From NCBI GenBank assembly GCA_963845065.1, contig CAWJQQ010000008.1, forward strand, positions 160,001 to 224,000: DNA of 64,000 bases, in the 5' to 3' direction. A model generated the notes under the pieces. It saw only the letters and a list, made by a program, of their open reading frames with translations, was not told the origin of the DNA and made no database searches. Below are positions 20,433-28,666 of the stretch, in pieces. A program made the position numbers and the translations under genes. Source of the DNA: Nitrospirota bacterium (GTDB taxonomy: Bacteria; Nitrospirota; UBA9217). The first letter of the stretch is position 1, and the number at the start of each line of letters is the position of its first letter.

Positions 20433-20990
20433 ATGATAATCATCGTCGGGCTCGGCAACCCGGGCAAAAAGTTCGAACGCACGCGACACAACGCAGGTTT
20501 TATGGCCATTGACGTACTTGCCAGTAGCCTGCACGTTGATATCAGCCAGGGGAAAAACAACGCACTCATAGGTAAAGCACAGATAGATGAGGAGGCCACG
20601 GTCCTAGCAAAACCGCAGACATACATGAATGATAGCGGTAGAGCCATAGGCGCGATCCTCAGGGACACCTATGCAGGCACCAGAGATCTTATCGTACTCC
20701 ATGATGAGCTTGATCTGCCTCTCGGTACTGTCCGCATTAAGATCGGCGGCGGTCATGGTGGCCATAATGGATTGCGTTCGATCATCGAGCAAGTTGGGTC
20801 TTCAGACTTTATTCGGGTCCGCTTGGGGATTGGCAGGCCTGCTCCGGGGATGGACGCTGCTGATTTTGTGCTGAGTCCGTTCCTCGCCGAAGAAAGACAA
20901 CTGCTGCCGGACGTGATGGCAAAAGCGGTGGAAGCGGTAAAGGTAATTGTTTTGGAAGGCCCGAATAAGGCCATGAATATCTTTAATTAG
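20433..20990 (+). CDS. pth: Peptidyl-tRNA hydrolase
   Basis: VGLGNPG, TRHNAGF, KPQTYMN, GGHNG. Confidence 0.97.
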   Translation: MIIIVGLGNPGKKFERTRHNAGFMAIDVLASSLHVDISQGKNNALIGKAQIDEEATVLAKPQTYMNDSGRAIGAILRDTYAGTRDLIVLHDELDLPLGTVRIKIGGGHGGHNGLRSIIEQVGSSDFIRVRLGIGRPAPGMDAADFVLSPFLAEERQLLPDVMAKAVEAVKVIVLEGPNKAMNIFN

Positions 20991-21004
20991 CACTTAGCGT
21001 TCAG

Positions 21005-21046
21005 AAGCCCGGACCCGGAAGAATTACAGGGAGCTCCGGGCTTTTT
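21005..21046 (+). terminator. Probable intrinsic terminator after pth
   Basis: AAGCCCGGA...TCCGGGCTT stem followed by a T run. Confidence 0.6.
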
Positions 21047-21243
21047 GTTGCTGAAATACCAAGAATGGTTCCCATATTGGATGAATATTTTAGAAGCAGC
21101 AGGCCTCAATTATACGGGGTGCGCCGCACCGTTAAATCACGGGCATGGTTTTAACTTCTCCGAGCCCCTTGCGGTATGTGCAACACCGCTGAACTGTATT
21201 CATCTGTTGTCTCGTGACTTATTTTAATGAAGAGGAGTTTCTC

Positions 21244-22338
21244 ATGGGTTTTAACTGTGGCATTGTGGGACTTCCAAATGTTGGCAAATCTACCATCTTC
21301 AACGCGCTTACCTCTGCAGGCGCACAAGCCTCGAACTATCCCTTCACGACAATCGATCCGAACGTCGGCGTAGTGGACATGCCAGACGAACGGCTAGACA
21401 AACTGGCAGAAATCTATCAGCCGAAGAAAACGACTCCTACGAGTATGGAGTTTGTCGATATCGCCGGACTGGTAAAGGGTGCGGCTCAGGGAGAGGGGCT
21501 CGGAAATAAGTTCCTGGCGAATATCCGCGAGGTGGACGCGATTGCCCATGTGGTTCGCTGCTTTGAAGACCCGAACGTCATACACGTCGCAGGTAAAGTG
21601 GACCCGAAGGCCGATATCGAGGTTGTCGAAGCCGAACTGATGCTTGCAGATCTTGATGCTATCGAAAAGCGGTTATTCAAGAGTGAAAAAATGGTTAAGA
21701 CCGGGGACAAGAAGACCGCTGACGAGGTGGAATTCATGAAGCGGCTTAGGGACATGCTGAGCCGGGGCGAGCCTATCCGCCGTGCAACTCATTCCGAGGA
21801 TGAGTTGGCGTGGCTCAAGAGCTACGCTCTTTTATCTGCCAAGCCTGTGCTTTACGTGGCGAACGTCGCGGAGGACATGGTTGACAAGCCGAATATGTTC
21901 GTGGAGGCGGTAAAAAAAATAGCCGCGGAAGAGGGAGCAAAGGTTGTGGTCATCTCAGGACAGGTGGAAGGTGAGATTGCCCAGCTTCCGAAGGAAGAAC
22001 GCAAAGAATACCTTGCTGGCATGGGGCTTAAGGAATCGGGCCTCGACCGCATGATCCGGGCCGGCTATGAACTATTGGGACTGATCACCTATTTTACCGC
22101 TGGAGAAAAGGAAGTCCGCGCTTGGACCATCACGAAAGGAACTAAAGCGCCGCAGGCTGCGGGCAAGATCCATACAGACTTTGAAAAAGGGTTTATCCGT
22201 GCTGAAGTGTTTCACTACGACGACTTGCTCAAGCTGACGACAGAACAGGCAGTGAAGGCTGCCGGTCTCCTTCGCTCGGAAGGTAAGGATTACGTGGTGA
22301 AGGATGGAGATATCATGTTGTTCCGGTTCAATGTGTAG
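21244..22338 (+). CDS. ychF: Redox-regulated ATPase YchF
   Basis: GIVGLPNVGKST, NYPFTTI, DIAGLV, IHTDFEKGFIRAE, FRFNV. Confidence 0.97.
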   Translation: MGFNCGIVGLPNVGKSTIFNALTSAGAQASNYPFTTIDPNVGVVDMPDERLDKLAEIYQPKKTTPTSMEFVDIAGLVKGAAQGEGLGNKFLANIREVDAIAHVVRCFEDPNVIHVAGKVDPKADIEVVEAELMLADLDAIEKRLFKSEKMVKTGDKKTADEVEFMKRLRDMLSRGEPIRRATHSEDELAWLKSYALLSAKPVLYVANVAEDMVDKPNMFVEAVKKIAAEEGAKVVVISGQVEGEIAQLPKEERKEYLAGMGLKESGLDRMIRAGYELLGLITYFTAGEKEVRAWTITKGTKAPQAAGKIHTDFEKGFIRAEVFHYDDLLKLTTEQAVKAAGLLRSEGKDYVVKDGDIMLFRFNV

Positions 22339-22353
22339 CAATGCTGCCTATTG

Positions 22354-23307
22354 CTACAGCGCAAGTCCCGCTGCAAGGATCGAGCCAGTCTTCTGAAGCC
22401 GCTCTCTGCCTCTGATTTCCCTAAACGATCGCGGCAGGGTGACTATCTGATGCGCCCCCCCCATTTTCCTCAATTCTTTCAAATACTGTGATTGCGTTTC
22501 CTGAACTGCTAAAAGCGATGGGGAATCAGCATCCTCGATAACGAAATTTATGATCAAACCGCGAATAGGAAGTCGATATTCTTCAAGCGTCGCGATCATC
22601 CGCCCCACCTGCTTCACGACAAGCGCTTCAGGATTCGCAACGATCAAGAATGACGACTTTTCGTGGATAAAAAGCGCGATCTGTTCCGACGCCTCGATCC
22701 AGCCATCCATGATATTGGCGATGGACCGCTTCCCAAGAAGCTGTTTGCCGATCCTGTCCAGACCCTCAAAGACCTTGGCGCCGGCGCGGATATGTTTTCT
22801 GATGTTCTTCGGCATGTCCAGGAGATTAAGCGTCTCTCCCGCTGGCGCAGTGTCCCAAACGATCCTGTCATATCCCCGGTTTTCCGCCAAATCCCTTATT
22901 ATATCAAGCATGGTCTCTTCACGCAGGGACGGCGCAGAGCCGATATAGTCGAGGATCTGGTGGCGAGATTCACTGTCAAGCGCCTCGATGTCAATAAGAT
23001 GAGCGAGAATATCGCTAAAATCCCGGCCGAACCGCAGCCTCCAGCATGCTACGATCGCTTCCTGGCTGATTTCATAGGCATCGAGGTTTTTGCTCACTTC
23101 CGTGACAGTATCTCCGATCGTTTGTTCAAAAATGTCCGATAAAGAAGGTGAAAGGTCGGATGTAATAATCAGGGTCTTGATACCGGAATCTGCATAGTAC
23201 GTTGCAATCGCTGCTGAACAGGTAGTTTTACCAACGCCTCCCTTGCCACCGACGAGAAGGACGGGTCTCAGCGATATTTTCGAAGATATTTCTTCATTAC
23301 AATTCAT
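22354..23307 (-). CDS. Single-domain ArsA/Get3-family ATPase
   Basis: GGKGGVGKTT deviant Walker A and WDTAPAG motif; start position uncertain. Confidence 0.85.
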   Translation of the reverse strand: MNCNEEISSKISLRPVLLVGGKGGVGKTTCSAAIATYYADSGIKTLIITSDLSPSLSDIFEQTIGDTVTEVSKNLDAYEISQEAIVACWRLRFGRDFSDILAHLIDIEALDSESRHQILDYIGSAPSLREETMLDIIRDLAENRGYDRIVWDTAPAGETLNLLDMPKNIRKHIRAGAKVFEGLDRIGKQLLGKRSIANIMDGWIEASEQIALFIHEKSSFLIVANPEALVVKQVGRMIATLEEYRLPIRGLIINFVIEDADSPSLLAVQETQSQYLKELRKMGGAHQIVTLPRSFREIRGRERLQKTGSILAAGLAL

Positions 23308-23588
23308 GTCGTTTAATAGTAGCATAAAATATCTGCACCGGGAAATGCAATGGCAAGTCCAACATACAAATATACTCGTAAGATACCGGTGTATAGGAAG
23401 TAGTTATGAGATGCAACAACACGTATAGAGCAGCTGAGCGTCTGTCCGTCTGAATGATTGATGGTATCTGAAAGATCTTTTCCCTCGCGGATCAGGTTCG
23501 ATACAGCACTGTTTACCAAACTATCCGCAGAAAGCCCCTGGTCTTAACCATGGGGATGAATGCGGGAACTTTGTTTTTCAGCAATTGC

Positions 23589-23617
23589 TGGACAAATGTA
23601 TATCTATATGGTATAGT
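23589..23617 (+). promoter_or_regulatory. Sigma70-type promoter for tnpB
   Basis: TGGACA, 17 bp, TATAGT with a TG extension; ATG lies 10 nt downstream with no SD. Confidence 0.6.
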
Positions 23618-23912
23618 TGAGCAATCAATGCCAGATAAACTTAAAACTCCTACATTTATCCACGAGTTTCAACTCGTAACAACCCCAAAAGACAATCGAA
23701 TGCTTAATGTCCGACTCGAAGCTGGTCGTTATCTATATAATGCCTGTCTTGGTGAAGCGATGAAACGTCTTGCCGCCATGCGTAGCTCTAAAAAATGGCG
23801 TTCAGCGATCAAGAAGAAAAAGAGCAGGCTACGCACTGATATGGTTGACAGTTGTCAAGAGGGAAAATAGTCTCCTGCCCCTTTTTTAAGGGTTCATAGT
23901 TTAAGTATAATT

Positions 23913-24102
23913 CCAGGGCATAAGGAGGGACGGGGCCGACTTGTGCGACGTTTGATCACTCTGATATTCGCGGGTTTGACCGCAAGACCTTTCTTCGTCG
24001 CGGAGCTGCCTCGCTCTAAAAGCGGAAGTTCGGCATTGCCTTATTCCATAGTGCGGACGAGGATTCTCCGTAAACGTGGCCGCGTCCCCGCTTATGCCTT
24101 GG
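23913..24102 (-). ncRNA. Bridge RNA / seekRNA of the IS1111-group element
   Basis: Long closing stem (23913-23940 with 24076-24102) enclosing a target loop (CGCACUA / UUUUAG) and a donor loop (GUCU / AUAUCAG) that match the empty target and the circle junction. Confidence 0.88.
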
Positions 24103-24336
24103 AGATTGTTTGATGTTAGCTGGCGTCCTCCTTTGGTTTTTTACTTTAGTCGTTTTCGTTTCCGCTTCCGGGCGTCTTCAAATTTTCGATTCTGTTCTTT
24201 GAAAAATCTCGATGCTCCCGTTTTTACCTTTGAGGATCGATTTATTCTTTCACAAATGCCCCAGGATTGATTTTCCAGAGGCGGTCCATACTGAGAGACC
24301 CCCTCAAGTTTTGTGTGACGCCTTGTTCTTTCATCT

Positions 24337-25449
24337 TTATGCGCTCTGAGGATTCACTTCCCGGGCAATTGCCCATATGAAGCCGCACAATTCTCTGGCG
24401 ATAGCTGTTACCACCTTGTTTCTAGACTTCCCTTTGGCCGTAAGCTTACGGAATCGTCCGCAGAGCCGCACTTGGGCTTTCCAAGAGACGTCGAGAATGT
24501 TTTTCGGCAACCCCTCTTGTCGTTTGAGGAGCACTCGGCTGACTCGGGCTGGGAAACTGTAAGCTTGAGCCGCTTCGATTAACGCGCGTCTAACGTGAGT
24601 GTTTCCGGTTTTGGTGATGCCCCCTCGTCTGGTGCTGTCTCCGCTGGAGTACTCGGAGGGAACCAGCCCTAGATATCCCATAAGATGCTTGGGATTTTTA
24701 AAACGGCCCAAGTCTCCAATCTCAGCCATGGTGGTCGCAGCAGTTACATCCGCTACACCGCGTAGCGATTGGATTGCACGTACGACAGGGGCCGTTCGGC
24801 ATGTTGGAATGAGCTTTTGAATCTGCTCCGTTAGCCGGGAAACACGCGCAGAGCATTCCTGCACAGTGTTGATGTACTCTTGCAGCGTGATCTGCTGAGC
24901 AGGGTGTGGCATCTTGATGTCCGACAGCCAACGCATGTGGGCTTGGGTCCATGCGGTTTCCCCAGAGTATCGGTGTCCATGCCGCAGAAGCATCGCGCCT
25001 AATCGCTGCCGAGCGGTGCGCTGGGCCTTAATTGCGTCTTCGCGGCCACGTGTCAGGTCTCGCATGGCTTCATCTTCTTCCTGGGGTACGTAAACAGGGG
25101 TCAGTTCTCCAGCTCGATACAGCCTTGCAAGACTTTGCGCGTCACGACGATCGGTTTTGACGCGATCGCCGCTTTTCTTGGGGATCAGCGAGGGTGCCAC
25201 AACCGTGCATTTGTAACCTTTTTTGGTCAGATGGCGGTATATTTCATAACCGCATGGGCCGGCTTCATAGACAAAGTGCAGTTCCGTTCCTTTGCTTTCA
25301 AGCTTTCTAACCATTTTGTCCAATGACGACATGTCACTGCCAATCTTACCGTAGTAGCGAACCTCTTGATTGTCGTCGGTGTCTGCTGTTGCCACTGCTA
25401 TTGAGTTTTTTGCTGAATCGAGACCTACTATTGTGATAGAATTCTTCAT
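24337..25449 (-). CDS. IS110-family DEDD recombinase (370 aa)
   Basis: GLD, YEAGP, KTDRRDA (DEDD); GLVP..YSSG (catalytic Ser), ITKTGN, AIAREL; AAGGAG SD before ATG 25449. Confidence 0.96.
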   Translation of the reverse strand: MKNSITIVGLDSAKNSIAVATADTDDNQEVRYYGKIGSDMSSLDKMVRKLESKGTELHFVYEAGPCGYEIYRHLTKKGYKCTVVAPSLIPKKSGDRVKTDRRDAQSLARLYRAGELTPVYVPQEEDEAMRDLTRGREDAIKAQRTARQRLGAMLLRHGHRYSGETAWTQAHMRWLSDIKMPHPAQQITLQEYINTVQECSARVSRLTEQIQKLIPTCRTAPVVRAIQSLRGVADVTAATTMAEIGDLGRFKNPKHLMGYLGLVPSEYSSGDSTRRGGITKTGNTHVRRALIEAAQAYSFPARVSRVLLKRQEGLPKNILDVSWKAQVRLCGRFRKLTAKGKSRNKVVTAIARELCGFIWAIAREVNPQSA

Positions 25450-26699
25450 GACCTGTCTCCTTGTTTGTGGCTCTGTATTTGGATACCTATTCCATCCAAG
25501 TATAACCCACGGTGACAAGGGGCAGGTCACTTTTCCAACTGTCAACCATTATGTCTAAAATGTTCAAGACAGCCAGAAACATAGCTGAATATACCGAATA
25601 CCATCTCCATGATTATGTCGGGAGCCTCCGCAATTCGTGCTGGATCGGAGACCATATTGACAGCCTGGCCGCCCAAAAGATAGCGACCAGGTCGTTTAAT
25701 GCCGTTGCTGACTACGAGTTCGGGAAGCATGGGAAACCACGGTTCAAGCGTCGCGGCTGGATGTCTTCGCTCGAAGGCAAAAACAACAAGTCTGGTATTC
25801 GGTGGTGCAATGACCATGTTGAATGGTCTGGACTTAGCCTTACCTGTGTCTTCGACAAAAAAGACAAGTTTGGCGTTCAGGCACATGCGCTTAGCCATGA
25901 TGTTAAATATGTTCGTTTGGTGAAGAAAGCCATCTGCGGTAACGCCTGCTGGTTCGCCCAACTCGTGCTTAAAGGCACGGCCAGGATCAAGCGTGAGAAC
26001 CAGATTGGCACCGAAACCGTTGGCCTTGATATTGGTCCATCCACGGGTGCTATCGTTAGCGATACCGATGCGTTGCTCGTAGCATTTTGTCCGGAAGTCG
26101 AGATTCCGTACAAACAAATCCGCGTGGTTCAGCGTAAGATGGCCAGAAGCCTGAGGGCTGCCAACCCGGACAACTACAACGAAGACGGCACGGCTAAGAC
26201 TGGTGCCGGCAAGGGTAAAAAGCGGTGGATATTCTCTGCTCAATACCGTGCGCTTAAGGCTGAACTAGCCGAGCTACAGCGAGTTTTGGCTGAAACCAGA
26301 AAACGGGCTCATGGCAAGTTAGCCAATGAAATTCTTAAGCTCGGAACCAACATAAAGACCGAGAAACTGTCGTACAGAGCATTCCAGAAACTCTATGGTA
26401 AAAGTATTTCAAGACGCGCTCCGGGGATGTTTATTTCGATGCTTCGCCGCAAAGCCGAAAACGCTGGCGGTAAAGTAACTGAATTTTCTACCCGGAGCAC
26501 GAAGCTTTCAGAGACATGCCACTGCGGGGAAGTAGCCAAAAAACCGCTATCCCAAAGATGGCATGACTGTAACTGCGGGGTAAACGCTCAACGCGATCTC
26601 TACTCCGCATATCTTGCAAAATATGTTTTAGAAAATGTCCTCGACACGCGTCAAGCCGCAGCAGCTTGGCCGGGTGCAAACCTGCTCCTGGAACGGGCG

Positions 26700-26936
26700 G
26701 TGTTGAGGGTGCAGTTTGAAGCGGCAAATGGTCGGATTCATCCGGCCAGCTTCGGTATTAACAACATGAGAGCCAACACCACGAACCGGAGACAGAGTTG
26801 CTTGCCCGTTAAAAACGGATCAACGATAGTCGATGCCGGCAACGTCTGTATTGTTGCCGAAAAGCCTGTCGGTATTGCCGTTAGAACCCCCTGTCTTTAG
26901 ACATGGGGTAGGTCAGGAAGAGGACTTCCATTGCCG
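26700..26936 (+). ncRNA. Predicted TnpB omega RNA (reRNA): scaffold overlapping the tnpB 3' end, plus guide GAAGAGGACUUCCAUUGCCG (26917-26936)
   Basis: Inferred from the established TnpB architecture, where the scaffold comes from the right end and the guide from flanking DNA; the 5' boundary is a guess. Confidence 0.55.
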
Positions 26937-27344
26937 CTACATTGCACTAGGGTCACATGTTTGCAATGGGGAGAGGTAAGTTGTTGTTTCACCGTGACCT
27001 TAAGGCGACTCGACGAGCGCATCATGGGTTCTTTTTGGGATTTGAGGAGAATTTCCTGCGATGGCTGTATTCTATCAATGAACTTGTCGAGCTGTTCCAT
27101 CCATTTTTTCCGCACATATTATTAAGTGAAATATGAACGTAAAAAACGTCTACGCTCGTTCGATTGTAACCTACATGAAGGAAACGCAGATTTGGTGAAA
27201 AAAGGTTATCCTGGATAGAACTATCCGGCTTGATTTGTTTTCCGTGGGGAAGTCAGAAGCCAGCTTTTCCGTTGTGAACCGATCATGCCATGAAAACCGC
27301 GTTTCCAAGCGAGTCTCTGACATATAGGTCGACTGTTTGTTATA

Positions 27345-28448
27345 CTATTCGACAAGGCCCGCTAATTCTTTCATAAGAACTTTAACCGTTAGAATTTTAT
27401 CGACCCGTGAGGCATTCGTACCGATAGTATAGAGCGCTTCTTCTTCTTTTGAATTATAACCACTGGAGCTCAACAGTCCGTTACAAATGCAGAAATAGTC
27501 TTTATTGTCTTCCTTGGCGGGACAGATAGTATATTTTCCGTCGGCGTCTTTCATAAGCACATAACCTTTATCGCATTTTGGTTTCCTGCGCCGGCCAAGA
27601 GCGGACACATACATTGGAGACTGCTTAATCACTCGGAATGGCAGGCCACAGGGAGAACCTGGACGATACGCAACAACGATATCTTCTTCACGTGCCCGAA
27701 CGACTGCGTCCTTGTAGACTGTAGTAGCGCTGCTTTCTTCTGTGGCGAGGAAACGCGTACCCATCTGGACGCCGTCTGCTCCTTTGTCCATGAAATTCAA
27801 AATGTCATCATGAGTATATATCCCGCCAGCGACAATGACGGGGAAATCGCCGTATTTTCTTGCCATGTCTTTAACTGGCGGCAATAAATTTTCAAGTTTG
27901 TTTGACTCCAGGTCAATCTGGTCGATCCGAAATCCCAGGTGACCGCCTGCAAGAGGGCCTTCGAGCACAACCGCATCCGGACGGTAGCCCAGTTTTTCCC
28001 ATTTTTTACAAATGATATCCAATGCTCGAGCCGATGATACAATTGGAATCAATGCGGTGTCCTTCGGGGGTTGGATTGCGGGAAGGTTGAGCGGCAAGCC
28101 GGCACCAGAAATGATTGCATCGGAACCTGCGTCTATGGCACCTTTTACCGAATCAGTGAAATCCCTTCCAAGAGCAGCCATGATGTTAATACCAACGAAT
28201 CCGTCTTTTATTTTTGAACGAGTGATCTCCTCTTTAACCGCCTCATACGTGTTGACTTTTCGGCCTATTCTCCTTGACACGAGCCTGTCAAGGCAGGCGC
28301 TTGATACAATGCCGAGTCCTCCTTCGATTGCCACCGCTTTCGCTAGGGGATGGAGCGATACACCAACTCCCATACCGCCTTGAATGATTGGAAGTTTAAT
28401 GTTCTTTCCTTTTATAATAAGAGGTTTAAGCTTTGTTTCTGTTTTCAA
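27345..28448 (-). CDS. Nitronate-monooxygenase-family flavoprotein (FabK/FabX-like) with C-terminal Cys cluster
   Basis: PIIQGGMGVG, SGAGLP, EGPLAGGHLG, AGGI, GVQMGTRF; TTG start with GGGGG SD. Confidence 0.85.
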   Translation of the reverse strand: MKTETKLKPLIIKGKNIKLPIIQGGMGVGVSLHPLAKAVAIEGGLGIVSSACLDRLVSRRIGRKVNTYEAVKEEITRSKIKDGFVGINIMAALGRDFTDSVKGAIDAGSDAIISGAGLPLNLPAIQPPKDTALIPIVSSARALDIICKKWEKLGYRPDAVVLEGPLAGGHLGFRIDQIDLESNKLENLLPPVKDMARKYGDFPVIVAGGIYTHDDILNFMDKGADGVQMGTRFLATEESSATTVYKDAVVRAREEDIVVAYRPGSPCGLPFRVIKQSPMYVSALGRRRKPKCDKGYVLMKDADGKYTICPAKEDNKDYFCICNGLLSSSGYNSKEEEALYTIGTNASRVDKILTVKVLMKELAGLVE

Positions 28449-28666
28449 ATCGCCCCCTTGGCATTTTCAATACAGACAGCATTCATTATTATCATCTATG
28501 CATCAAATTTGAGTGAATGAATAATTACCCCAGTACTGTAGTGAAAAAGGAGTCTTTATTATACCATACTGAAAAATCATATACAACCAGAAGTTGGGAT
28601 TTTCCGGCCGTTATTGCCATCAGGAAGTTGACAATTTTGCGTCAGTGTGAGATTATCCCTGCGCAT

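Larger units (their letters stand above)
23838..25556 (-). mobile_element. IS110-family, IS1111-group insertion sequence (1719 bp counting one core)
   Basis: Perfect 14-bp subterminal IRs (ATGGTTGACAGTTG 23841-23854; CAACTGTCAACCAT 25536-25549), set 3 and 7 nt in from the ends; CT at both junctions (23836-37 and 25555-56); long non-coding region downstream of the recombinase. Confidence 0.95.
23628..26900 (+). pseudogene. tnpB: RNA-guided endonuclease TnpB (517 aa reconstructed), interrupted by the IS1111-group element
   Basis: Segments 23628-23837 (70 codons, RYLYNACL) and 25557-26900 join in frame (SRLRT|KMFK). RuvC-I VGLDIG, RuvC-II KTEKL, zinc ribbon CHCG/CNCG and RuvC-III QRDLYSA are all intact. 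Confidence 0.92.
23517..26916 (+). mobile_element. IS200/IS605-family, tnpB-only (IS1341-type) element with IS608-like ends
   Basis: Left: TTAC|...AAAG-CCCCTGGTCTTAACCATGGGG. Right: GAAC-CCCCTGTCTTTAGACATGGGG-TAGG-TCAG|. No tnpA; no target duplication; the empty site restores the pilT frame. Confidence 0.92.
23447..27100 (-). pseudogene. pilT: Decayed pilT/pilU-type retraction ATPase fragment, interrupted by the IS605-family element
   Basis: Removing 23517-26916 gives in-frame VAAMEVLF|VNSAVSNLIREGK, then after a one-base frameshift IFQIPSIIQT, matching the PilT AIRNLIRE region; upstream IDRI...LK.TV.QQL is a weaker match; outer limits approximate. Confidence 0.75.

Noticed and set aside
23550..23870. 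106-aa and 462-aa (25512-26900) ORFs as two independent genes
   Set aside because: They are the two halves of one tnpB; their extra termini are read from IS end sequences
25450..25545. 402-aa version of the IS110 recombinase starting at 25545
   Set aside because: That start lies inside the inverted repeat; ATG 25449 has an SD and begins the DEDD domain
26897..27115. 72-aa ORF (and 23313-23519, 68 aa) as real small genes
   Set aside because: They are frameshifted pieces of the pilT remnant running into the element ends
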